Source: Nitrospirota bacterium
Lineage (GTDB): Bacteria; Nitrospirota; Thermodesulfovibrionia; Thermodesulfovibrionales; Dissulfurispiraceae
NCBI GenBank assembly: GCA_963710375.1
Contig: CAVPZX010000002.1
Span: 736,001 to 800,000, forward strand
Reading direction: 5' to 3'
Length of the DNA: 64,000 nt
Positions 20,295-29,916 of the stretch are shown in pieces; the first letter of the stretch is position 1, and each line of letters begins with the position of its first letter. The translations under genes were made by a program, and so were the position numbers. The notes under the pieces are model-generated. The model saw nothing but the letters and a program-made list of their open reading frames with translations. It did not search any database and had not been told where the DNA came from.

Positions 20295-20898
20295 TGAAAG
20301 CGAGTTCTTTCCAATCACAAGCTTGAAGAACATGGACCTGGGTGTGAATAAAGCCTGTTTTGACAGCACGGGCTTTTGCTGCTTCATCAGTGACGCCGTA
20401 AAAAGGCAGCATTGCCATGATTGCGTGATTAGTGAACTTTTCGGATGGAGTCAGGACATCCTTTCTTCTCATATAGTATGGGTCTTCGCCCTCTGCGCAA
20501 GGAGCTGAAAAGACATTAAACTGCCTGCACGCTATGGGACGGAAGGGATGAATGGAGCACGCGTTGTCCACCTGAAAGGGGCAGGAGCGGCCTTTACGAT
20601 GCTCCAGAAGCTGTCTTTTTACAATACCGCGCAATGGCTGTCCTAACTTCTCGATGGTGTACCAGTAAATTCCCACCATTTCCAAAGGATAGAGAGGGAT
20701 GTCACTATGAGTGCGGCAGCACCGGCCACAGCCTTTTTTGCAAGCAAGTTTAGTCCGTGATTTCTTCTCATGTTCACGGATAGCCGTAGAGACGCCTTTG
20801 TCAATAATTGCGTAGGCATCCAAAAGAAGGGGAAGCCACGGCCTCAGCTTCTCATCTTCCTGAAAGTGGAGGCGTGTTGAGACTTTTTTATCTTTCAT
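20281..20898 (-). CDS. YkgJ-family (CxxCxxCC) cysteine-cluster protein
   Basis: CKKGCGRCC, CPF, CSIHPFRPIACR. Confidence 0.9.
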   Translation of the reverse strand: MKDKKVSTRLHFQEDEKLRPWLPLLLDAYAIIDKGVSTAIREHEKKSRTKLACKKGCGRCCRTHSDIPLYPLEMVGIYWYTIEKLGQPLRGIVKRQLLEHRKGRSCPFQVDNACSIHPFRPIACRQFNVFSAPCAEGEDPYYMRRKDVLTPSEKFTNHAIMAMLPFYGVTDEAAKARAVKTGFIHTQVHVLQACDWKELAFRVGE

Positions 20899-20935
20899 AT
20901 CATTATAGTATCACAAATGAAAAGTGATTCTATAA

Positions 20936-21006
20936 CCGTGATTCAGACAGTAGACAAGTCTCCTGCGCTCAGACGCTGCGGAGACTTGTCTACTGTCTGA
21001 ATTGGA
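20936..21006. repeat. REP/MITE-like palindrome with 23-bp perfect arms, flanked by a 10-bp direct repeat
   Basis: ATTCAGACAGTAGACAAGTCTCC (20941-20963) / GGAGACTTGTCTACTGTCTGAAT (20980-21002); GATTCTATAA at 20926-20935 and 21007-21016. Confidence 0.75.
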
Positions 21007-21082
21007 GATTCTATAATATGGACTACTGTTTCTGATATAGTATAATTGAAAATTTTAAATATATTGGAGGCAGGAGGATAAC

Positions 21083-21634
21083 ATGATTAATTTTTTCCCT
21101 GATAAGAATGAAAGTGTACTTCTTATTGTCGATATTCAGGATCGGCTTGCGGTGACTATGAAAATGAGGGATGCCGTGATTAATAATTGCCTGCATCTGA
21201 TCGAACTTGCAAAGATGCAGAATATCCCCATTTTATTGACAGAGCAGTATCCAAAGGGACTCGGACAGACGGTGAGTGAAATACGTGACGCACTTCCTGT
21301 CTATCAGCCTGTCGAAAAGCTCGCCTTCAGTTGCTGCGGTGAGTCTGCATTCAAGAACGCACTCAGAGCGCTCAAAAGGAAAACTGTCTTACTGACCGGT
21401 ATGGAAACTCATGTGTGCGTTCTGCAAACGTGCGTCGACCTTCTGGATGAGGGTTTTAATGTGCATCTTGTCCGGGATGCGGTGTGTTCCAGGACTAAAG
21501 AGAACTGGGAGACCGGCACAGAATTCATGCGGGACGCAGGGGCCATTGTTACCTGCACTGAGACTGTTCTGTTTCAGTTACTCAAAGTTGCCGGGACAGA
21601 GGAATTCAAGGCGATATCAAAAAGAATTAAATGA
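21083..21634 (+). CDS. Isochorismatase-family hydrolase
   Basis: LIVDIQ, TEQYPKGLG, EKLAFSC and GMETHVCVLQT motifs. Confidence 0.93.
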   Translation: MINFFPDKNESVLLIVDIQDRLAVTMKMRDAVINNCLHLIELAKMQNIPILLTEQYPKGLGQTVSEIRDALPVYQPVEKLAFSCCGESAFKNALRALKRKTVLLTGMETHVCVLQTCVDLLDEGFNVHLVRDAVCSRTKENWETGTEFMRDAGAIVTCTETVLFQLLKVAGTEEFKAISKRIK

Positions 21635-21712
21635 ATAGTGATTTGGGCAACAACCCGTCAATCCAGGGCAGCACCTACAACACCTGTCGCAGTGTTTTAT
21701 AGTTTGCTCCTC

Positions 21713-24700
21713 CTATTTCTTCTCGTTTATGACGACGGAGTTGATTTGCGCGCCGCTCGTCCCGAGTTTGTCCTCAGCTGCCAGCATGCCCAGGGCGGCG
21801 ATAACCTTCTTGTCCATCTTTGCCGTCGCTTTGCCGGCCGCGTCATTGGCAGGCTGTATGCTCAGCCCATTCCCGCTCTGGCTGACGCTGTATTCAAGTA
21901 CGGAGCCGTCACCGGTTGTTACTGAGAAGGTGGCGCTCTTAACTCCCCCGGAAACCGTTACCGGCGCCGCAACTGTTACAGCCGCTGCGCCTGTCGCTTG
22001 TGTGAGGGATACTGACCCGCTCTCTGCATTGAAGGCAAAGTTGCCGTCGCTCTTTGTCCCTTCATCTGTTGCCGTATAAATGGTCAATGCTCCTGTTGAG
22101 GTTCCGCCTGTATTAGACGCTGCACTTGCAGTTGCAGGCTGTGAAGAAGAAGGCACTGCCGTTACTGTCACGGTCCCTCCCTGGTCAGTAATAGTCATAC
22201 TACCCACGTTTACTCCGCCCACCGTAAATCCTACAGGCGCCGCTGTCAGGGTGCTTGCAACTACTGTTGCAACAGGAGAAGGTGTCGAAGGAGTGTTGCT
22301 CACCGTAATCAATCCTCCGCCAAAACTAGTCTGGCGCAAACCGCTTGTGGCGGCAGACAAAGAAGATGTTGCGTTAGGGTTTAGTGTTGTAGTTGCCGGC
22401 TGTTGTGTTGTCTGTATCGTGCTTGTCACTGAAGTTATTATTACCCCAAGAGAACCTGAATTCGCGCTGGTGGTTACGGATGTGATGATGCCGGTGGTGT
22501 TATTAAGCGCGGACACAATATAATTATTGCCGTTGTTGCCGTCATCGACCATGTACCCGTTGTTCACGCTCAGGGTTTTTCCAATGCCTACGATAGGGTC
22601 GGTGTATGATTCACTCAGTCCTGTTACCATATCTCCGCCCATCAGCCCGCTCACCGTCGGCGATGCCGACGCGCTGGTGGTGCCGTCGTATATTTTGGTG
22701 TTGGTCGTGGCCGTGAGCGTCAATGAAGCAGGTGTGATCACACCGGTAGTGTTGTTCACGGTGTTCACAGTATAGTCCCCGCCGCTGTCACCGTCATTGA
22801 CTGTGTAACCCGTAACACTCAGGGTCTTGCCGGTTCCCGCGTTCTTGTTGTTGTAAGTCTCGCTGAGACCTGTTACTGTGTCCGAACCCTGCAATCCTAT
22901 GACTGTCGGCGTTGCAGATGCGCTGGCCGTACCGTCATACGTCTTGGTGTTGGTCAAAGCCGTGAGCGTCAGTGAAGCAGGTGTAATCACACCGGTAGTG
23001 TTGTTCACGGTGGTCACTGCATAGTCGCCGCCGCCGTTACCGTCATTGATTGTGTAGCCCGTAACACTCAGGGTCTTGCCGGTTCCCGCATTCTTGTTGT
23101 TGTAAGTCTCGCTAAGGTTTGTTACGGTATCAGACCCCAGCAATCCTACCACTGTCGGAGTTACTGATGCGCTGCTCGCGCCGTCATACGTCTTGGTGTT
23201 GGTCAAAGCCGTGAGCGTCAGTGAAGCAGGTGTTATCACGCCAGTCGTGTTGTTCACTGTTGTCACAGTATAGTTGCTTCCGTTGTCACCATCATTGATT
23301 GTATAACCTGCAACGCTGAGCGACTTGCCGGTTCCTGCGTTCTTGTTGTCATAAGACTCGCTGAGGCCTGTTAATGTATCGGAACCCTGCAATCCGACTA
23401 CTGTCGGGGTTGCTGATGCACTGGTGGTGCTGTCGTATGTCTTGGTGTTGTTCGCAGCAGTAAGCGTCAGTGCAGCAGGTGTGATGTTCGCCGTGGTGCT
23501 TGCCGTGGTGTTGACCAGCGTGTAGTTGTCAGCATCGGCTCCGCTGATGCTGATGCCGCTTACGCTTACTGTCTTGCCGCTGCCCGCGTTCCTGTCGCTG
23601 AAGTCAGCTGACGTATAGTTGTCCGTAACGTTGTCTCCTACCACCTTGTTATCCGCCAACGTAACGGTTGCAGCTGTCGTGCCGTTATAAACCTTGTCCT
23701 GTCCCGTGGCCGTGACCGTCAGTGAGGCAGGGTTGATGACACCGGTAGTATTGTTAACGGTAGTTACAGTATAGTCGCCGCCGCTGTCACCGTCATTGAC
23801 TGTGTAACCGCTGACTACGCTCAGCGTCTTGCCGGTTCCCGCGTTCTTGCTGTTGTAAGTCTCACTTAGGCCTGTTACTGTATCAGAACCCTGCAATCCG
23901 GCCACTGTCGGGGTTGCTGAAGCGCTGTTCGTGCCGTCGTATGTCTTGGTGTTCGTTAAAGCCGTGAGCGTCAGTGAAGCAGGTGTGATCACACCGGTAG
24001 TGTTGTTCACGGCGGTCACAGTATAGTCGCGGCCGCTGTCTCCGTCATTTACTGTGTAGCCGCTGGCTACTGTCAGGGTAAGGCTGGTTCCCACGTTCTT
24101 GCTTCCGTATGTCTCGCTGAGGCCTGTCACTGTATCAGAACCCTGCAATCCGGCCATTGTTGGCGTTGCTGATGCGCTGGTCGTGCCGTCATATGTCTTG
24201 GTGTTCGTTAAAGCCGTGAGCGTCAGTGAAGCAGGTGTGATCACACCGGTAGTGTTGGTTCTGGTGGTCACAGTATAATCCCCGCCGCTGTTACCGTCAT
24301 TGACTGTGTAGCCCGCAACGCTCAAGGTCTTGCCGGTTCCCGCGTTCTTGTTGTTGTAGGTCTCGCTTAGGCCCGTTACTGTGTCCGACCCCAGCAATCC
24401 GGCCACTGTCGGCGTTGCCGATGCGCTGGTCGTGCTGTCGTATGTCTTGGTGTTGGTCGTGGCCGTGATCGTCAGTGAAGCAGGTCTGACGACACCTGTA
24501 GTGTTGTTCACGGTCGTCACAGTATAGTCGCCGCCGCTGTCACCGTCATTGACTACGTAACCCGCAATATTCAGCGTCTTGCCGGTTCCCGCGTCCTTGC
24601 TGTCGTAAGTCTCGCTGAGGCCTGTGACCGTGTCCAAACCCTTCAGTCCCGCCACTGTCGGCGTTGCAGCTGCGCTGGTCGTGCTGTCATATGTCTTCGT

Positions 24701-27700
24701 GTTGGTCTTCGCCGTGATAGTCAGTGGAGCGGGTGTGATGTTCGCTGTAGTGCTCGCCGTGGTGTTGACCAGAGTGTAGTCGCTTGCATCGGCACCGCTG
24801 ATGCTGATGCCGCTTACGCTCACTGTCTTACCGCTGCCAGTGTTCTTGTCGCTGAAGGCTGCTGACGTATAGTTGTCGGTAACCGTGTCTCCCGACACCC
24901 TGTTATCCGCCAACGTGACGGTTGCAGCTGTCGTGCCGTTATAAACCTTGTCCTGCCCTGCGGCCGTGACCGTCAGTGAGGCAGGGTTTATCACTCCGGT
25001 GGCGTTGGTTCTGGTGGTCACAGTATAGTCGCCGCCGTTGTCACCGTCATTGACTGTGTAACCGCTGACTACGCTCAGCGTCTTGCCGGTTCCCGCGCTC
25101 TTGTTGTTGTATGTCTCGCTTAGACCTGTTACTGTGTCCGAACCCTGCAGTCCAGCCACTGTCGGTATTGCCGCTGCGGTGGTCGCGCCGTCATATGTCT
25201 TGGTGTCGGTCGTGGCTGTGATCGTCAGTGATGCACGGCTGATGACACCGGTAGTGTTATTGACGGTGGTCACACTATAGTCCCCGCCGCCGTCACCGTC
25301 ATTGACTGTGTAGCCGCTGCCCACGCTCAGGGTCTTTCCAGTTCCAACGTTCTTGTCGTCGTAAGTCTCGCTGAGGCCTGTTACTGTATCCGAACCCTTC
25401 AATCCGGCCACCGTCGGCGTTGCCGATGCGCTGGTCGTGCTGTCGTATGTCTTGGTATTGGTCTTCGCCGTTATAGTCAGCGGCGCAGGTGTGATGGTAC
25501 CCGTAGTGTGATTCACAGTGGTCACAGTATAGTCTCCGCCGCTGTCACCGTCATTGACTGTGTAGCCTGCAACGCTCAGCGTCTTGCCGGTCCCCGCGTT
25601 CTTGTTGTCATAAGTCTCGGTGAGGCCTGTTACCGTATCTGAACCCTGCAATCCGGCCACTGTCGGCGTTGCAGATGCGCTGGTCGTGCTGTCGTAAGTC
25701 TTGGTGTTCGTTAGAGCAGTGATCGTCAGTGCAGCAGGATTTATCACGCCGGTAGTGTCATTCACGGTGGTCACAGTATAGTTGCGGCCGCTGTCGCCGT
25801 CATTGACTGTATAGCCGCTGGCTATGGTCAGGGTAAGGCTGGTTCCCGCGTTCTTGCTGCCGTATGTCTCGATGAGGCCTGTTACTATATCAGAACCCTG
25901 TAATCCGGCCACTGTCGGAGTTGTCGATGCGCTGGTCGTGCCGTCGTATGTCTTAGTGTTAGTCAAAGCCGTCAATGTCAGTGGAGCAGCGGTGATGACG
26001 CCGGTAGTGTTGGTTCTGGTGGTTACAGTATAGTCCCCGCCGCTGTCACCGTCATTGACTGTGTAGCCTGAGACGCTCATGGTCTTGCCGGTGCCCACGT
26101 TCTTGTTGTTGTAAGTTTCGCTAAGGCCTGTAACTGTATCCGACCCCAGCAATCCTGCCACTGTCGGGGTTGGTGATGCACTGGTCGTACTGTCATATGT
26201 CTTGGTGTTGGTCGTGGCCGTGATCGTCAGTGGTGCACGGTTGATGACGCCGGTAGCATTGTTCACTGTTGTCACAGTATAGTCCGCGCCCCCGTCACCG
26301 TCATTGACTGTGTAGCCTGCAACGCTCAAGGTAAGGCCTGTCCCCGCATCCTTGTTGTTGTAAGTCTCGCTGAGGCCTGTCAGTGTATCAGAACCCTTCA
26401 ATCCGGCCACTGTCGGCGTTGCTGATGCGCTCGTCGTGCTGTCGTATGTCTTTGTGTTGGTCTTCGCCGTGATCGTCAGTGGTGCGGGTGTTATGTTAGC
26501 TGTAGCGCTTGCCGTGGTGTTGGACAGCGTGTAGTTGCTTGCATCAGTTCCACTGATGTGGATGCCGCTTACGCTCACTGTCATGTTGCTGCCCACGTCC
26601 TTGTCGCTGAAGGCTGCCGCCGTATAGTTGTCCGTAACAGCGTCTCCTGACACCCTATTATCCGCCAATGCGACGGTTGCAGCTGTCGTGCCGTTATACA
26701 CTTTGTCCTGCCCCGTGGCTGTGATCGTCAGTGAAGCAGTGTTGATCACACCGGTAGTGTTGGTTCTGGTCGTCACAGTATAGTCCCCGCCCCCGTCACC
26801 ATCATTGATTGTATAGCCTGAAACGCTCAGGGTCTTACCAGTTCCCGCATTCTTGTTGTTGTACGTTTCTGTGAGGCCTGTTACCGTGTCCGAACCCAGC
26901 AATCCTGCCACTGTTGGTATTGCCGAGGCGCTGGTCGTGCCGTCATATGTCTTGGTGTTGGTCGCGGCCGTCAGTGTCAGTGAAGCAGGGTTGATAGTCA
27001 GTGAGCCGTTAGCGAAAGTAATATCGTATCCTTGTTGGCTGGAATACAATCCTGACGGACTAATTGTATAGCTTCCCGCATTAATCGCCCCCTGAGAGTT
27101 GCCATTATAGCTGACAGACCCCAAGAGATATGTTGAATCAGGCGAGGCAGGAGAGTATGTGACTCCGTTGCCGCCTGAATATGTCGCGGCGTTATAAGTC
27201 GTAACATCATTCTTAGCGGTGACTGTAAGAGGAGTGAGAGAAGACTTTAGCAACGGGTAAGTGATCCCTTGATAAATTATCCATGTGGTATTTCCGGAAG
27301 GAGTCCCTGTACCGCTTTGTGAAATGCTCCAGCCGTTAAAAGTGGACAGCGTCTCCATTTCTGCCGTGGTCTCGCCGGTACCAAGTCCGTTATCTGCCAG
27401 TGAGGAATTGACTGTTTCATCCCAATAGCTATTTGTTGTAGTTCCTTGATTATTAGTCCCGACCAGCCCGCCAACGTTGCTCCCACTGCCGCTCACGCTT
27501 CCGTTCGAGTAGCTGTTGCTTATGCTGCCTGCGTTATAGCCCACCAACCCACCGGCATTACTCCCTGTGCCGCTCACGCCGCCGGTGGCATAGCTGTTGC
27601 TGATGCTGCTGCTGCTGTCGTTATAGCCCACCAGTCCGCCAACCCCGGTATTGCCGCTCACACTTCCTGCGGCATAGCTGTTGCTGATGCTGCCGGGGTT

Positions 27701-29668
27701 GTAACCCACCAGTCCTCCGATATCGTTATTATTGTTGCCTGTACCGGTTACCCCGCCGGTGGCGTAACTGTTGCTGATGCTGCCGCTGCTGTCGTTAAAA
27801 CCCACCAGTCCTCCGACCTCTCCATTACCGCTCACACTGGTGGCGGCGTAACTGTTGGTAATGCTACCGGTGTTGTAGCCCGCAAGCCCGCCGACATAGC
27901 TACTTGTGCTGCCGGTACCGCTTGCACTTCCTGTGGCGTAGCTGTTGCTGATGCTGCCGGAATTGCTGCCTACCAGTCCGCCGATATAATTATTGCTGCT
28001 GGTTGTTTGAACGTTTATCAGCGCCACATTACTGATGCTGCCCGCTGCAGAGCCGAAAAGCCCCGCATAACCTGAGGATTGGTTTATGACAAGGTTGGTA
28101 ATTTTATGGCCAAGGCCATCGAAAATACCTGTAAATGGACTACCGTTACCTCCTACAGGCGTAAAAGCACCGCCGGTGATATTGCTGCCCAGTGCATAAT
28201 CGCCGGACAGACTCATGCCCTTCAACTCTGTCAGGCTGCTGATTATGTCGTAGCCACTGCCGTTTATGCTCAACGATGTGCCGCTTGCGAGATTAACCGA
28301 GCCTTCGAATGTTCCGCCAGGGTTTATTCCGACGTTAATGCCACCCTGCGTTCCGTAAATAGCTGATCCGTCTGTCTGACCATTCCAGCCGTAATTCATC
28401 GCAAGACCAGCGCTCCCTGTTGCGTTCATCACGGCGTTGATGTTTATGTTATTGTAGGCGGTGAGAGTTAAGGTATTCGCACTCCAGCTGAATCCGGCAT
28501 TAACATCGATGTCGCCAAGATCGCTGCCGTTGGCAGTGGCCGAGGTCGCTATGCTGACGTTGCCGCTGCCGAGGGCCGTATGCAGCGTAGTGGCTCCGAT
28601 GCCGCTGGTAGTCAACGCTGCACTGCCTGAGGAGATGGTGAAGTTGGTGGGATCAATCAGCCATTTGCCGGACTTGCCATATGGAGCAAGCGTTGTAATG
28701 CGGGCACCGTCTGCAATATTTACCGTTGACGCCGACGTCTCTATGAACCCGCCATCCCCACCGTTGGGGGCAGATGCATCCAGCGTCCCGCTTACATTCA
28801 CACTCCCGTTCTGCATATCTCCCATCAGCATGATAACGCCTTTTTTATTCTCTATTGTCTGTGCCTGAATAATGCCTTCGTTGTTCACCACAGCGCTCGA
28901 CAGGCTGTCCGCTGCCTTCGCCGTCATCAGCGCCTGCCCGCCGTCTGCCTCCACCAGGTTCCGGTTATCTATAAGGGCATTCACGGTTCCCTGATTCACT
29001 GCATAGTTGATGAGTCCGTCTCCACTAAAGTCGAGGCTTACCTCGTCTCCTGCTGCCATTGCAACAGTGCCCATCTTTGCGCTGATGATCCCCTGGTTTG
29101 TTACCTGGGGCGCAAGCAAGGCTATGTACCCGCCCCCGGCTGCGGTCAGAGTGCCCTGATTAACTATGCTGCCTGCGCTGCCTGCATTGTAAAAATTATA
29201 ATTGCCTTTCATGAAATCGCTGTCATTCAGACTCAATGTGGATGCAACCAGGCCCCCTACATTCACGCTACCCGACGGCCCGAAAATTATCCCGGCTGGG
29301 TTCAACAGAAAGACCTGCCCGTTGGCGGTCATTGTTCCATAGATGGATGAAGGGTCTACGGATAACACGCGGTTCAAGGCGATGGAAGAACTGTTAGGCT
29401 GCGCAAAATTGACCCATGCGTTTTGACCTATGTTGAAGGTCTGCCAATTGATCGCGGCATTCTGGCTGGACTGGGTGATGTTCATCTTATTGCCGCTTGT
29501 GTTGATGGATGCCGCACCGGCTGACACCTGCCCGCCTGTGGGAAGCGCGTTAGGCGCAGGGGGCTGCGCAAACGCCGGAACCACCGTGCCTAAAAATACA
29601 AAAATTGCTCCACTGGTAAGCCGGATTAAAAGTCCTGTTCTTCTCCGTGCAAAATAACATCTTCGCAT
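21713..29668 (-). CDS. TpsA-type filamentous-haemagglutinin-family adhesin 1 (TPS domain, GLUG repeats, 18 YDG-like repeats); start uncertain
   Basis: Signal peptide ending AFA-Q; LPTGGQV, INWQTFNI and NPAG TPS motifs; 7 GGL[VA]G.N repeats; about 82-aa TKTYD repeats. Confidence 0.9.
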   Translation of the reverse strand: MRRCYFARRRTGLLIRLTSGAIFVFLGTVVPAFAQPPAPNALPTGGQVSAGAASINTSGNKMNITQSSQNAAINWQTFNIGQNAWVNFAQPNSSSIALNRVLSVDPSSIYGTMTANGQVFLLNPAGIIFGPSGSVNVGGLVASTLSLNDSDFMKGNYNFYNAGSAGSIVNQGTLTAAGGGYIALLAPQVTNQGIISAKMGTVAMAAGDEVSLDFSGDGLINYAVNQGTVNALIDNRNLVEADGGQALMTAKAADSLSSAVVNNEGIIQAQTIENKKGVIMLMGDMQNGSVNVSGTLDASAPNGGDGGFIETSASTVNIADGARITTLAPYGKSGKWLIDPTNFTISSGSAALTTSGIGATTLHTALGSGNVSIATSATANGSDLGDIDVNAGFSWSANTLTLTAYNNININAVMNATGSAGLAMNYGWNGQTDGSAIYGTQGGINVGINPGGTFEGSVNLASGTSLSINGSGYDIISSLTELKGMSLSGDYALGSNITGGAFTPVGGNGSPFTGIFDGLGHKITNLVINQSSGYAGLFGSAAGSISNVALINVQTTSSNNYIGGLVGSNSGSISNSYATGSASGTGSTSSYVGGLAGYNTGSITNSYAATSVSGNGEVGGLVGFNDSSGSISNSYATGGVTGTGNNNNDIGGLVGYNPGSISNSYAAGSVSGNTGVGGLVGYNDSSSSISNSYATGGVSGTGSNAGGLVGYNAGSISNSYSNGSVSGSGSNVGGLVGTNNQGTTTNSYWDETVNSSLADNGLGTGETTAEMETLSTFNGWSISQSGTGTPSGNTTWIIYQGITYPLLKSSLTPLTVTAKNDVTTYNAATYSGGNGVTYSPASPDSTYLLGSVSYNGNSQGAINAGSYTISPSGLYSSQQGYDITFANGSLTINPASLTLTAATNTKTYDGTTSASAIPTVAGLLGSDTVTGLTETYNNKNAGTGKTLSVSGYTINDGDGGGDYTVTTRTNTTGVINTASLTITATGQDKVYNGTTAATVALADNRVSGDAVTDNYTAAAFSDKDVGSNMTVSVSGIHISGTDASNYTLSNTTASATANITPAPLTITAKTNTKTYDSTTSASATPTVAGLKGSDTLTGLSETYNNKDAGTGLTLSVAGYTVNDGDGGADYTVTTVNNATGVINRAPLTITATTNTKTYDSTTSASPTPTVAGLLGSDTVTGLSETYNNKNVGTGKTMSVSGYTVNDGDSGGDYTVTTRTNTTGVITAAPLTLTALTNTKTYDGTTSASTTPTVAGLQGSDIVTGLIETYGSKNAGTSLTLTIASGYTVNDGDSGRNYTVTTVNDTTGVINPAALTITALTNTKTYDSTTSASATPTVAGLQGSDTVTGLTETYDNKNAGTGKTLSVAGYTVNDGDSGGDYTVTTVNHTTGTITPAPLTITAKTNTKTYDSTTSASATPTVAGLKGSDTVTGLSETYDDKNVGTGKTLSVGSGYTVNDGDGGGDYSVTTVNNTTGVISRASLTITATTDTKTYDGATTAAAIPTVAGLQGSDTVTGLSETYNNKSAGTGKTLSVVSGYTVNDGDNGGDYTVTTRTNATGVINPASLTVTAAGQDKVYNGTTAATVTLADNRVSGDTVTDNYTSAAFSDKNTGSGKTVSVSGISISGADASDYTLVNTTASTTANITPAPLTITAKTNTKTYDSTTSAAATPTVAGLKGLDTVTGLSETYDSKDAGTGKTLNIAGYVVNDGDSGGDYTVTTVNNTTGVVRPASLTITATTNTKTYDSTTSASATPTVAGLLGSDTVTGLSETYNNKNAGTGKTLSVAGYTVNDGNSGGDYTVTTRTNTTGVITPASLTLTALTNTKTYDGTTSASATPTMAGLQGSDTVTGLSETYGSKNVGTSLTLTVASGYTVNDGDSGRDYTVTAVNNTTGVITPASLTLTALTNTKTYDGTNSASATPTVAGLQGSDTVTGLSETYNSKNAGTGKTLSVVSGYTVNDGDSGGDYTVTTVNNTTGVINPASLTVTATGQDKVYNGTTAATVTLADNKVVGDNVTDNYTSADFSDRNAGSGKTVSVSGISISGADADNYTLVNTTASTTANITPAALTLTAANNTKTYDSTTSASATPTVVGLQGSDTLTGLSESYDNKNAGTGKSLSVAGYTINDGDNGSNYTVTTVNNTTGVITPASLTLTALTNTKTYDGASSASVTPTVVGLLGSDTVTNLSETYNNKNAGTGKTLSVTGYTINDGNGGGDYAVTTVNNTTGVITPASLTLTALTNTKTYDGTASASATPTVIGLQGSDTVTGLSETYNNKNAGTGKTLSVTGYTVNDGDSGGDYTVNTVNNTTGVITPASLTLTATTNTKIYDGTTSASASPTVSGLMGGDMVTGLSESYTDPIVGIGKTLSVNNGYMVDDGNNGNNYIVSALNNTTGIITSVTTSANSGSLGVIITSVTSTIQTTQQPATTTLNPNATSSLSAATSGLRQTSFGGGLITVSNTPSTPSPVATVVASTLTAAPVGFTVGGVNVGSMTITDQGGTVTVTAVPSSSQPATASAASNTGGTSTGALTIYTATDEGTKSDGNFAFNAESGSVSLTQATGAAAVTVAAPVTVSGGVKSATFSVTTGDGSVLEYSVSQSGNGLSIQPANDAAGKATAKMDKKVIAALGMLAAEDKLGTSGAQINSVVINEKK
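22480..26995 (-). repeat. Intragenic array of about 245-bp repeats (15 TKTYD-type + 3 DKVYNG-type units)
   Basis: Counted from the translated protein. Confidence 0.9.
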
Positions 29669-29795
29669 AATCTCCAACGTGTATTCTTTCAATTCCGTTA
29701 AAAGTTTTGCGATGTCCACCCCCCCCATGGAAAAAATGTTGCTCTTCTGCCCGCAATCTCTCTCAAGGCTGCACCTAAGTTCTCCTTTCAAATAC

Positions 29796-29824
29796 AGGAT
29801 AAAACTTATCTTGATTAATGTCAA
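29796..29824 (-). promoter_or_regulatory. Sigma70-type promoter of tpsA1
   Basis: TTGACA-N17-TATCCT, conserved upstream of tpsA2. Confidence 0.7.
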
Positions 29825-29916
29825 GAGGGGAGAAATCTTGATTGGGTTCATAACGACCGGCCCGCTTCGCTATTTATTAACCGGATTTTTTTCTGTCGGG
29901 AATCTTTTTGCTGCAG

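Noticed and set aside
21638..21685. Degenerate REP sequence after the isochorismatase gene
   Set aside because: Only a weak GCACCTAC-like end with poor pairing
22480..26995. CRISPR array or DGR template/variable repeats
   Set aside because: Repeats are in-frame about 245-bp coding units without unique spacers; no cas or reverse transcriptase in the window; differences do not look adenine-specific
29719..29726. G8 tract as a phase-variation switch for tpsA1
   Set aside because: Short, probably upstream of the start, and tpsA2 has a G7 at the equivalent RBS position
29669..29851. Long N-terminal extension of TpsA1 from the ORF track
   Set aside because: It overlaps the conserved promoter; the real start must lie downstream of about 29790
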